Source of the DNA: Limisphaerales bacterium
Lineage (GTDB): Bacteria; Verrucomicrobiota; Verrucomicrobiia; Limisphaerales; SIBE01
NCBI GenBank assembly: GCA_044225505.1
Contig: JBGAIN010000003.1
Location: 62,001-126,000 of the forward strand
DNA length: 64,000 nucleotides
Reading direction: 5' to 3'
This document shows, one piece after another, positions 19,257 to 29,400 of this stretch; the stretch's first letter is position 1; the number at the start of each line of letters is the position of its first letter. The notes beneath the pieces are model-generated. The model ran no database searches. It was not told the DNA's origin and saw nothing but the letters and a program-made list of their open reading frames with translations. The translations under genes were made by a program, and so were the position numbers.

Positions 19257-21509
19257 GTGAAACAAATCGCCCAGTACCAAGACGGTAGAATCGAACTTCA
19301 AGAAGTGCCAACGCCGACCGCACCGCCGGGAGGCGTGCTCATTCGGGTGACACACTCCGTGATCAGTAGTGGCACCGAGAAGATGAAGGTCGCGCAGGCC
19401 AAGATGAACCTCATCCAGAAAGCGCGCGCCCGCCCGGACCAGGTCCGAAAAGTCATGGAAGTTGCCCGAAACCTGGGTTGGAAAGCAGCCTTGGAGAAAG
19501 TGCGCAACCGTTTGGAAAGCCCCAGCCCGATGGGCTATAGCGCCGCCGGCATCGTGGTCGCCGTAGACCCGTTGAACACGCGATTTCGAGTTGGGGATCG
19601 CGTTGCTTGCGGTGGGGCCGAATGCGCCTTTCACGCGGAGTATGTCGCGGTTCCCGACCTGCTGACGGCGGCCGTCCCGGACGCGGTGCCAAATTGGCAG
19701 GCAGCCTATACCACGTTGAGTTCGATTGCCTTGCAATCGGTTCGACAAACCGAGCCGCGCTTGGGAGACCGCGTGTTAGTTCTAGGACAAGGTCTGGTGG
19801 GCTTGTTGATCACGAATTTACTCCAGGTGAACGGAGCCCGTGTCATGGCGGTTGACCTGCTTCCGTCGCGGCGTTCGTTTTGCGAAGCGATGGGCGCGGA
19901 AAAGACGGTGATTCTCGGGCAGCAGAATTTGGCGGATGAAATACGCGCTTGGACCGACGGCATCGGCGTGGACTCTGTGATTCTGTGCACAGCGAGTGAG
20001 AGTAACACTCCCGTGGAACAGGCGGCGGACGCATTACGGGACCGAGGTCGAATCGTTGTGGTCGGGATTACCAAGGTGGATCTCCCGTGGCGCACGTTTA
20101 GCGAAAAAGAGATTGAGGTGCGTTATTCCCGCTCGTACGGCCCGGGTCGATATGACACCACTTACGAATGGGGTGGGAGCGATTATCCCATTGGCTACGT
20201 TCGGTGGACAGAGCAGCGCAATTTTGACGCTGTTCTCCACCTCATGTCGCAAGGACAGCTCCATCTGGAAAGCCTCACTACTCGGCGCGTGCCTCTGGCA
20301 GAGGCTCTCTCGATTTACCAGACTTTGGCGACAGATTCCAAAGACATTGGCATCGTCCTGGAATACCCAGCAGCCAAAGACGAAGGGTTCAAAACGCCGA
20401 CGCCGAAAGCCAAGCAGTCGGAAGCCCAAACGGCGATTACAGAAGACGGCCGGGTTTCGTCAAAGCCAACGTTTGAACGCGGACCCAACGCCAAACTTTC
20501 TCGTGGAGCTGGCCGCATCTCAGCGCCGGCCGGGCGGCTGGATGTCATTGGAGCGGGCAATTTCGCTCGGACGATGCTCCTGCCGCACCTGGTGGGGAAG
20601 CTGAAGTTTGGAACCATTGTTAACCAAACCGCGCTGAGCGCCCGGCATGTGCAAAGCAAGTTCGGTTTCGAGAATGCAGCGACGGATTCCGCCGAATTAA
20701 TTAAACGGGCAGACGCTTCCAGCGCGTTGATCATTGCGACTCGACATCACTTGCACGCGCCTGTCACTCGAGCGGCGTTGGAAAGGAACTCCCACATATT
20801 TGTCGAGAAGCCGCTCTGTCTATCAATGGAGGAGCTATGGGAAATTGACCGAGCCTATGAGCAAAGCCACGGCACGGTCCAGGTGGGATTCAATCGGCGG
20901 TTCGCCCCGGCTAGCGTTGCATTGAAGAAAGTGCTGGCGGCCAGTCCCGGACCAAAATCAGCCAGTTTCAGAATCAATGCAGGGAAACTTGATCCCAAAC
21001 ACTGGTATGCGAATTACGCCGAAAGCGGAGGGCGAGTTTTAGGAGAAGCGTGCCATTTTCTCGACTACTTTTGCTTTTTATTCAACGCGGATCCCGTCCG
21101 TGTCGTTGCTCAGACAACTTGGCCGACCGCCGGACGGCAGGCCTACCCTGACTGTGTCGCGGCGCAGGTCGAGTTTGCCGACGGGTCGACAGGACAGTTG
21201 ATTTACAGTGGCGAAGGCGACCCCAAATACCCGAAAGAAATGCTGACTGTGTACTCTGCCGGTGCCGTCTGTGAAATCTGTAACTACCAGGAATTGGTCA
21301 TTTACAGTGGTCGTCAGAAGAAAAAGCTCTCTTACAATTCCAAGGGACATGCAGAACAGATGGCAGCGTGGCACGAATTTCTGCGCGGCGGAAGTGATCA
21401 CCCTTTTCCGTATTTTGAGGCGCGTCGAAGCATGCTTTTGACCTTTGCAGTTCTGGCAGCCATCCAACAAGGGGGTATCGTGGAATTCAGCGCACGACTA
21501 CCGGCGTAA
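19257..21509 (+). CDS. Bi-domain oxidoreductase (Zn-ADH/MDR-like plus Gfo/Idh/MocA)
   Basis: SVISSGTE, GQGLVG, SRSYGPGRYD, RWTEQRN, then IGAGNF, FVEKP, GFNRRF, EACHFLD. Start moved to GTG 19257. Confidence 0.92.
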   Translation: MKQIAQYQDGRIELQEVPTPTAPPGGVLIRVTHSVISSGTEKMKVAQAKMNLIQKARARPDQVRKVMEVARNLGWKAALEKVRNRLESPSPMGYSAAGIVVAVDPLNTRFRVGDRVACGGAECAFHAEYVAVPDLLTAAVPDAVPNWQAAYTTLSSIALQSVRQTEPRLGDRVLVLGQGLVGLLITNLLQVNGARVMAVDLLPSRRSFCEAMGAEKTVILGQQNLADEIRAWTDGIGVDSVILCTASESNTPVEQAADALRDRGRIVVVGITKVDLPWRTFSEKEIEVRYSRSYGPGRYDTTYEWGGSDYPIGYVRWTEQRNFDAVLHLMSQGQLHLESLTTRRVPLAEALSIYQTLATDSKDIGIVLEYPAAKDEGFKTPTPKAKQSEAQTAITEDGRVSSKPTFERGPNAKLSRGAGRISAPAGRLDVIGAGNFARTMLLPHLVGKLKFGTIVNQTALSARHVQSKFGFENAATDSAELIKRADASSALIIATRHHLHAPVTRAALERNSHIFVEKPLCLSMEELWEIDRAYEQSHGTVQVGFNRRFAPASVALKKVLAASPGPKSASFRINAGKLDPKHWYANYAESGGRVLGEACHFLDYFCFLFNADPVRVVAQTTWPTAGRQAYPDCVAAQVEFADGSTGQLIYSGEGDPKYPKEMLTVYSAGAVCEICNYQELVIYSGRQKKKLSYNSKGHAEQMAAWHEFLRGGSDHPFPYFEARRSMLLTFAVLAAIQQGGIVEFSARLPA

Positions 21510-21640
21510 AGCCACTGCGTTGCGAGCAAACGACCTGGACTACTCAAACGCCCGTTGCTGGAGTGGTCCAAACAGATCTGTGCGAACGGATCTATGGAAG
21601 ATCGCGGTTGCCAATAAGACGATTTAGTCTAACTTTAGAC

Positions 21641-21844
21641 ATGGATTGGCAGCAACTGGCATCACTTCTCGTCGTGGCGGTTACGGCGGGGATGTTCTGC
21701 TGGGCGCAATGTCGCTCGCGCAAATCGCACCGTTGCTGCTCATCCGTCGGCGGTTGCTCTTCAACCGGGCAAGACAAGCCGCAGACCCTAGTCTTCCGCG
21801 GTCGCAAGGGAGAGCGCTCCCAAGTGATCTTCAAGGCGGGGTGA
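21641..21844 (+). CDS. Small Cys-rich membrane protein (FeoB-associated Cys-rich-like)
   Basis: MDWQQLASLLVVAVTAGMF TM segment followed by a basic, Cys-rich stretch (RCCSSVGGC). Confidence 0.6.
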   Translation: MDWQQLASLLVVAVTAGMFCWAQCRSRKSHRCCSSVGGCSSTGQDKPQTLVFRGRKGERSQVIFKAG

Positions 21845-21900
21845 GCGTTCTGCTTGCCTAAAACGTAAGAGCAATATAATTTCCGGCAGAGTTGATAGCC

Positions 21901-22284
21901 ATGTGCAAAGTGAGTTCCTCCCTGCATTTTGTGAAGAATCCTTCCCACACGAGTCAGGAGGGCAGCACCGAAACCTACTGGGTGCCAAACACCGACGTTT
22001 ATGTCAGTGAGAACGGGCTGGTCGTTAAGGTTGAACTCGCGGGAATGCGCCGAGAGGATTTGGAACTTGTCATTGAAGGCAACAAAGTCCGGATTGCAGG
22101 GTATCGCCCGGACGGCTGCCGGTCCGGCAACAAATGCAAGTTTTTGGTCATGGAGATTAACTATGGGGCATTCGAGACGGTGATCGAGTTGCCGAAAGGC
22201 TACGACCTAACTCAGGCGCGTGCTGCTTACCAGAACGGATTTCTGCGCATAGACGTTCCCGCGTCGGCTGAAGTTCAAGGATAA
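21901..22284 (+). CDS. Hsp20/alpha-crystallin small heat shock protein
   Basis: WVPNTDVY...VELAGM...EINYGAFE...AAYQNGFLRIDVP. Confidence 0.92.
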   Translation: MCKVSSSLHFVKNPSHTSQEGSTETYWVPNTDVYVSENGLVVKVELAGMRREDLELVIEGNKVRIAGYRPDGCRSGNKCKFLVMEINYGAFETVIELPKGYDLTQARAAYQNGFLRIDVPASAEVQG

Positions 22285-22367
22285 GGCCGTCGAATTTCTT
22301 CAGGGTTTCTGCATATTACGTGAACTTTTTGGGCGCCGGTAGCATCTAATGACTATCGAGCTGTAAC

Positions 22368-24773
22368 ATGACTTTGCCGGAAACCGAGTTCATCAATATT
22401 CTGGCTTCGACCGGTAGTGCTGGGGGAGAGAATCCCTCCACCAAGCCGGGCGGGAAATCGTTGCCAGAAGTCATGCCCGTCCTTGGCTTGTCGGATATCG
22501 TTGTCTTTCCAGGCATGGTCTCGCCGCTCCTGGTAGAATCCGCCCAAAGCATCAGGCTGATTGACGATGTGGTCGCGGGGGACCGATTTCTCGGACTGGT
22601 CTTGCAGCGCCGTCCCGAGGTAGAGAATCCTGCCCCCCAAGACCTTTGGGAACACGGATGTGCCGCTCGTGTGCTGAAGATGCTCAAGTTCCCAGACAAC
22701 ACAGTCCGGGTGTTAATCGAAGGTCTGCGCCGGTTCCGGGTCAAGGCATACGCATCGCAGGACCCTTACCTATGTGCGGAAATCGAGCTTCTCAAAGAGG
22801 TAAGTGACGAATCGTTGGAGATGACGGCGTTGGCGCGGAATGCTCATTCCCAATTTCAGGAGATAATCAATTTATCGCCCGCCATCTCAGACCAGGTCAA
22901 GGTCACCGCCCTAAATACAGAGCAACCAGGACGCCTCGCCGATCTGATCGCTGCTAACCTGAATTTGACTCTGGAAGAGAGGCAGCAACTCCTGGAGACA
23001 GTGATTGTCAAAGACCGGCTGACGAGACTCCTGCCGCTGCTGAACCGGGAAGTGGAAGTGCTCACGCTCGGATCGAAGATTCAGAAGGAAGTTGCCTCTT
23101 CCATGTCCAAGAGTCAGCGCGATTTTTTCCTTCGTGAGCAAATTCGGGCTATTCAGCGCGAACTGGGGGAAGGCGATCCAAATACGTCCGAGGCCAATTC
23201 CTTACGTGAGCAAATCGAAAAGAACAATCTGCCCGTTGAGATCAAGAAAGTTGCAATTAAAGAATGGGAACGATTACAGCAGATCCCATTTACTGCGGCG
23301 GAATATACAGTGTCCCGCAACTACCTGGATTGGCTGATCAATTTGCCCTGGGAAAGATCGACCGATGATCAGCTCGATCTTGAGGATGCGGCGCGTATTC
23401 TCGACGATCAACATTACGGTCTGAGCAAGATTAAGGAACGCCTGCTGGAGTTCCTGGCAGTGATCAAACTCAAGCAGAAGCTTAAAGGCCCAATACTGTG
23501 TCTCGTCGGACCGCCCGGAGTTGGCAAGACCTCTTTAGGTCAAAGCGTTGCCGATGCATTGGGGCGCAAATTCGCTCGGATCGCCCTCGGTGGCATGCGA
23601 GACGAAGCGGAGATTCGAGGTCACCGCCGCACCTATGTCAGCGCACTGCCCGGACGAATTCTGCAGACCCTTCGACGCGTTGAGAGCAATAACCCGGTCA
23701 TTCTGTTGGATGAAATCGACAAAGTCGGCTCCGACTTTCGCGGCGACCCAGCGTCCGCTTTGTTGGAGGTCCTGGATCCGCAACAGAATCGGACTTTTAC
23801 CGACAACTACCTGGAATTGCCTTTCGATCTGTCGCGGGTGCTCTTCATTACCACGGCGAACTGGCTCGATCCGATCCATCCGGCCCTGCGCGATCGTCTC
23901 GAAGTGATCGAGTTGCCAGGCTACACGCCAACGGAGAAGCTGCAAATCGCCCGGCGATACTTGGTGCCAAGGCAACTGGAAGAGCACGGTCTCAAACGAA
24001 AGATAGTCAAATTTCCGGATGCGACACTGCGTCGGCTGATTGAGGATTACACTCGTGAAGCGGGTGTGCGGCAATTGGAGCGCGAGATCGCGAGTCTAAC
24101 CCGCAAAGCCGCCCGGGCAGTGATTACCAGTAAAGAACTGAACCAGCCCCTGACCATCACCCCGGAATCGCTCACGGAGTATTTGGGCGCGATGCGCTTC
24201 CAATCAGAGACCGCGGAGCAGATCACCGAACGGGGCATTGCCATTGGTTTGGGATGGACCCCTGTCGGTGGCGAGATCCTGTTCATCGAGGCGACGCGAA
24301 TGCCAGGGAGAGGAAAGCTCATCTTGACGGGTTCTCTGGGTGAGGTCATGAAGGAAAGCGCTCAGACCGCCCTGAGTTTCCTGCGAAGCCAGTCCAAACA
24401 ACTCCGGATCGAACTCGCAGACTACGATCACTACGACATCCACATCCACGTGCCTGCGGGAGCTACTCCCAAAGACGGGCCTAGCGCGGGAACAGCGATT
24501 GTGGCGGCATTAGCCTCCTTGTTCACGCAACGGCGCGTTCAATCCGATGTCGCTATGACAGGAGAAATCAGCCTCCGTGGCCGGATCCTGCCCGTTGGCG
24601 GCATTAAAGAGAAGATCCTCGCGGCTTCGCGCGCCAAGCTAAAACGAGTCGTGTTACCTGAACGGAACCGCAAAGATTGGGATGAGGTCCCCGCGGAAGT
24701 CCGACAGCGCACGAAGGCTTATTTTGTGCAACACATCTCCGAACTGTTGCCCCTGGTCTTGAGCTCACGCTAA
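22368..24773 (+). CDS. lon: ATP-dependent protease La (Lon)
   Basis: LON N domain, Walker A GPPGVGKT, LLDEIDK, catalytic PKDGPSAG and GGIKEK. Confidence 0.98.
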   Translation: MTLPETEFINILASTGSAGGENPSTKPGGKSLPEVMPVLGLSDIVVFPGMVSPLLVESAQSIRLIDDVVAGDRFLGLVLQRRPEVENPAPQDLWEHGCAARVLKMLKFPDNTVRVLIEGLRRFRVKAYASQDPYLCAEIELLKEVSDESLEMTALARNAHSQFQEIINLSPAISDQVKVTALNTEQPGRLADLIAANLNLTLEERQQLLETVIVKDRLTRLLPLLNREVEVLTLGSKIQKEVASSMSKSQRDFFLREQIRAIQRELGEGDPNTSEANSLREQIEKNNLPVEIKKVAIKEWERLQQIPFTAAEYTVSRNYLDWLINLPWERSTDDQLDLEDAARILDDQHYGLSKIKERLLEFLAVIKLKQKLKGPILCLVGPPGVGKTSLGQSVADALGRKFARIALGGMRDEAEIRGHRRTYVSALPGRILQTLRRVESNNPVILLDEIDKVGSDFRGDPASALLEVLDPQQNRTFTDNYLELPFDLSRVLFITTANWLDPIHPALRDRLEVIELPGYTPTEKLQIARRYLVPRQLEEHGLKRKIVKFPDATLRRLIEDYTREAGVRQLEREIASLTRKAARAVITSKELNQPLTITPESLTEYLGAMRFQSETAEQITERGIAIGLGWTPVGGEILFIEATRMPGRGKLILTGSLGEVMKESAQTALSFLRSQSKQLRIELADYDHYDIHIHVPAGATPKDGPSAGTAIVAALASLFTQRRVQSDVAMTGEISLRGRILPVGGIKEKILAASRAKLKRVVLPERNRKDWDEVPAEVRQRTKAYFVQHISELLPLVLSSR

Positions 24774-24794
24774 AACTTGCGTGTCTTCACACCT

Positions 24795-25610
24795 ATGAAA
24801 CTGCAGCGTATGCCCTTGCTTGGCTCNNNNNNNNNNNNNNNNNNNNNNNGTCAGGCTATGCCCGCCTTTCTCATCTCCCTGACACTGACCGCCGCGGCGG
24901 CCGTGAGTTCACCCGCTAGCGGACCCATGGCTGTCGATCGTGAAGCCGTCGCGTTTGTGTCGGATCTTCTCTTGCAAAGGCCGGGGAAAGAAATCGCCAT
25001 TGACGGCGTCTTTCACATTCGGACGAGCGAGGGCCGTCGTCGCGAAATCCCGGTAAACTACATGATCCGGCTCAATGAGAACGCGTGGCAGAGCATCTAT
25101 GCGACGAAAAGGACCGACGCGCTCGGTCCGGAACAGCTTGTCGTCACGCACGAAGCACGTGAGCCAAATCGATATCTGCTCCGTCAGATCAGCCCGGACG
25201 GCACGCGCACCAATACGCTGATGATCAATGGCTCTGAGGCGGCTGTCTCTCTAGCCAGTTCCGATTTCTGGCTGTCCGATCTTGGTTTGGAATTCCTGCA
25301 CTGGCCGGAACAGCGATTTGTGCGCGATGCCAAGATTACCATGAAGTATGGCCGCCCGTTAAAAGTCATTGAGAGTGTCAACCCGCGTCCTTCAGCGGGA
25401 ACCTATTCCCGAGTTGTTTCATGGATTGACTCGGAGCTCGGTAGTCTCGTGCGCGCGGAGGCCTATGATCTCGAGGGGAAACGCTTCAAAGTGTTCGAGT
25501 TGAAAAGCTTCAAGAAAGTGAACGGGCGTTGGCAGGTGAAAGATATGGAAATCCGCAACGAAAAAACCGACTCCCGGACACGCCTGGAGTTCAATCTCGA
25601 GGTGCAGTAG
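24795..25610 (+). CDS. Outer-membrane lipoprotein-sorting (LolA-like) protein
   Basis: SDFWLSDL, YSRVVSWID...AEAYD..GK, MEIRN...SRTRL. The 5' end is uncertain because of the N gap. Confidence 0.75.
   Translation: MKLQRMPLLGXXXXXXXXXQAMPAFLISLTLTAAAAVSSPASGPMAVDREAVAFVSDLLLQRPGKEIAIDGVFHIRTSEGRRREIPVNYMIRLNENAWQSIYATKRTDALGPEQLVVTHEAREPNRYLLRQISPDGTRTNTLMINGSEAAVSLASSDFWLSDLGLEFLHWPEQRFVRDAKITMKYGRPLKVIESVNPRPSAGTYSRVVSWIDSELGSLVRAEAYDLEGKRFKVFELKSFKKVNGRWQVKDMEIRNEKTDSRTRLEFNLEVQ
24827..24849. other. Assembly gap (run of N)
   Basis: Seen directly. Confidence 0.98.
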
Positions 25611-25913
25611 ATCAACTCCAGCGTGCCCGGCGCGTTAATCCGATAACTGATCCAACTTTCTAAGGGGCGCTTGCTCCTCTGGTGCTTTTTTCTGTGGTAC
25701 AGAGTCGTCTTGATCCGCTACTTCGACCGAAATCCATGGCTTTGGCGGACCTCACTTGGATTGCGCCTGATCATTGAGTTTGGTCTTTTGCCTGGAAAGC
25801 TGTGGACACTCGTTATTCCGCAGTTGAGGCGGCACGCCAACTCCAGGGCGAAACATCTCGAAGCTTGCTAGGCCTCAGGTGCTGCAGCCTGAAGCTCGAA
25901 GAAACCGCCAGGC

Positions 25914-26444
25914 CTATTTTATCGCCACCGAAATCACGCTCGGCGCAGATGTTAGGGGTTGTCCTTGGGGTGCCGTATACCGAACCAAAACCGAAATCTT
26001 GTTCTGCACCGGCTTATCATCCCCCCATAGCGGAGCGAGCTGGTAGCCCGTCCCGATCGATGTTTGAATCTCAAAAGCCTTAAGCTCGGAAGCAGAGTAG
26101 TGCCAGGTGTGCCGCGGCTCGGGAGGAACCGGATGGGTGATTCCCGGAACACCGTCGTACATCAAAACATCCAACGATCCGGCCACAATCGGGACCGGCT
26201 TGGGATTCCTTCGACTGCTGGCGTAGACTTTGATCACAAAGCCGTCCACACCGGGGACTTGATCTAGGTTCAACGCCACGGGAATAGCCAATAAGTTGAG
26301 CTCGTCGATGGGACCGTTACCCGCGTCCGCCAGGGGCCGCGGGTCTCTGTCCGGATGATCCGAAACGCAACCGACCCAGGCGCCTGCAGCCACCAAGGCA
26401 AGGATTAAACCTATCCATCTTCGTGGAAAGTCCATGCGCGGCAT
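25914..26444 (-). CDS. Putative lipoprotein, last gene of the T2SS cluster
   Basis: Basic N-terminus, hydrophobic helix, WVG|C lipobox-like site. Starts 12 bp after the secretin stop. Confidence 0.7.
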   Translation of the reverse strand: MPRMDFPRRWIGLILALVAAGAWVGCVSDHPDRDPRPLADAGNGPIDELNLLAIPVALNLDQVPGVDGFVIKVYASSRRNPKPVPIVAGSLDVLMYDGVPGITHPVPPEPRHTWHYSASELKAFEIQTSIGTGYQLAPLWGDDKPVQNKISVLVRYTAPQGQPLTSAPSVISVAIK

Positions 26445-26456
26445 AATGGTCTAGCT

Positions 26457-29400
26457 CTAATGCCGAGTCTTCTTCTTGGAAGGAGCTGTCGTGGATTTCT
26501 GCAGCCCATTGGGATAGAGCGGCTCGAGAAGCCGATCGCGGAAATCGTCTCGCTGGATCTGGTCGCGAATCGACGATCGTTCGAGCTGTTGACGTGTCAT
26601 TTCATCCAGGCCCTCGACTCGGCCAGGCTCAGTTCCCATTAACAGCACTTGAGGTGTGAGAAGAATCAGTAGTTCTTTGCGGTTCGTGACTTTCGTCTTG
26701 CTGCGAAACAGGACGCCTAGACCCGGAATGTCCCCCAAGTAAGGGACCTTTTTAATTCGATTGTCCTCGATGGTTTCGATCAATCCGCCGATCAGGATCG
26801 ATTGCCCGCTCTGCACGCTGACTGAGGTGCTGGCGCGACGTTCGTTAATAATCGGCATATTCACCGTCGACCCATCCGCACCGGATGGGATGGCAACGCT
26901 GGAACTGGTCAGGGCGCTGTTGGTGGTGCTGATTTCCATCCGGACTGCGCCGTCGGCTCCGATCCGTGGCGTGACCTGTAGATTCACTCCGACATTCTGG
27001 TAGTCAATCGCGTTCACAATACCCCCTTGAGGCGTGACGCTGCTGTTGCTGACCAAGGGAACCCGCTGACCAATATTGATCGTCGCCGGCTTGTTGTCGG
27101 CGGTGAGAATCTGCGGTCGGCTCAAGATTTCGAGGCGGCCGTCATTCTGCAAGGCGCGAATCAGAAAACCGTAGTCACTCCCGGTCACAGCGGCCGAAAA
27201 ACCGCCGAAACTCTTGAGATCGCCAGGCACGCCGAACGCCGTTCCGCTTGCGAGTTTGGCGTTCTCGACCATCTTGCTGACATTCCATTCCACACCGAGA
27301 TCCCGCGTGGAATCGAGCGTTACTTCGGCGAGTAGCACTTGAATTAGCACTTGGGGACGTGGTTGATCCAAGCTGACAATCAATTCTTTGACCTGAGCAA
27401 AATAGCGAGGACTCGCTGAGAGAAGCAAAGTATTGCTGTTCGTTTCCGCAACGATAGCGACTTCCCGTTCGAGCATACGTTGGGCCGTGCCAACGGCATC
27501 TTGGCCGAGCACTTGGGTAATGCGCTGCCGATCTTGGTCGAGAAATGTGCGAACGGCCGTGGCGATGTCCAAGGCTTGGGCGTTCTTCAACCGGTAGACT
27601 TCCGACTTACGCTCCTGCGCTTCGCTCGAATCAAGGGCTTGAATTATTTCCGAAACCAGTGCCACGTAGTGCTCCGTTCCACCCACCAGCAAACTGTTCG
27701 TGCGCTGATCTACCGTGACATGAAGAGCACCTTGTTCGTCCGTGCCCACCGTCGCCGAACCGACCTCCACCTCCTCGTGTGCCTCGGGGCCATCGTCCAG
27801 CGTGTTTTGTGGTGAGGCTTTTTCTTTAACCAGCGTGTATTGAATGGCTCGCTGCGAGCTGGCAACGCCGCCGGGCTGCAAACGAAATAGAGTCATGAGC
27901 AGATCCGACATGAGGCGCGCGTCGGCATTGATCAGGGTGAAGACTTTAATCTTCGCCTGTTGCGGTGAGCTGGAATCGAGCCGACTGATGATCTGCTCGA
28001 GAAGATTCATGTAGTCCACCGGAGCCGATACCACGAGCGCGTTCATGCGCACATCCGGAGTGATCAGCACACCCTCTTTAAGCGCCGAGGCGACAATTTC
28101 CCTGCCGTCCGTCGCACGCGCGATGAACTGCAGCAGTGACGCAGTGTTGGGACTCTGGTCGTTGAGCGCAACAGGCTTTGTGTTCAGCGCCTGGTTCAAT
28201 ATACTCGAGACCGAATCGGCGCGCGCATGTTGCAACGGAAAAATGCGCACTTCCGAGACTCGCCCCACTTGGTCCGTATCCAGTTTCTTGACCAAGTCCG
28301 CGATGCGCTTGAGGTCGCTTTCACCGGCGGACACGACGATGGCGTTCATGCGTTCATCTGGCGTCACGGTCACGGGAAATGCGCCACCTGGTCCGCCCTC
28401 ACGATAGAGCCCTTGCACGACCTGCGCGACACGACGCGCGTCCGCTTTGGCCATGGGAAAGACCTGCACGGTGACCCCCATCTGCGCCTGATCACTATCC
28501 AAGCGTTCAATGAGGGATGCCACCATGCTCATATCGTCGATGGAAGCGCCTACGATCAACGCATTCACCCAGGAGTCTGCCACCACGGAAATCGGTTCCG
28601 GAGGCTCACCCTTAATCCGAGACGGCCGGTTGGCGAAAAGACGCTGGAGCGTGCTTTGAAGTTTGGCCGCGGTTACTTGCTTGAGAACGAAAACGCGAAA
28701 ATTCATCCGCGCTTGGATGTCCTCGCCGTCCAACTGCTCGATCATTCGATCGATGACGTCGAAGCTCTCTTTGCCACCGGTGATCAACAAGGCGTTGACG
28801 CGATCATCGGCCACGACTGTCACAGGAATGGATCGTTCCGCTGCGGTTCCTCCAGCTTCGCTCGCGCGACGGGCGCGGAAGAATTGTTCGAGAACTGTTG
28901 CCAGACTGCTGGCCCGCGCGTGCTTGAGCGGATAGACACGAATATTTCCGCCCTGCACGAAGTCCTTGGTATCCATCTGGCGAATGACCTCTTTGATCAC
29001 CATTAGGTTTTCAGGGCTCGCCGAGACGACGAGCGTGTTACTGCGCGGGTCGACGGTAATCGCCATGGCTTCACGAGGCGCGTCACCGCGTGCTCCCCCC
29101 GAACCGGGACGATATAACCCTTGCTGAATCAGGGACCGCAGCATGTTGGCCACGCGTTGGGCATCGGCGTATTGCAGGGTGAAGGCTTGAACAACTCCTT
29201 CGTTCACAGCAGGTTCAACATCGATCTTTTGCAGCAAGCCGACAATCAACTCCAGGTTCTCGCGACTCGCGGAAATGATGAGGGAATTGTTCAGACTGTC
29301 CGGTTCCACTTTGATTTGATCCTGAGGAGACGGCGGCTGGCCAGGCACCGTCCGACTACGCAATCGGGCGGCGAAGATGTTTTCCAGAGTAGACGCAACG

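Noticed and set aside
21845..21900. CIRCE/HrcA site or confident promoter before hsp20-lon
   Set aside because: No TTAGCACTC-N9-GAGTGCTAA. TATAAT at 21875-21880 has only a TTGCCT at 15-bp spacing.
25671..25871. 66-aa ORF between convergent genes
   Set aside because: TTG start, no RBS or motif, so unsupported.
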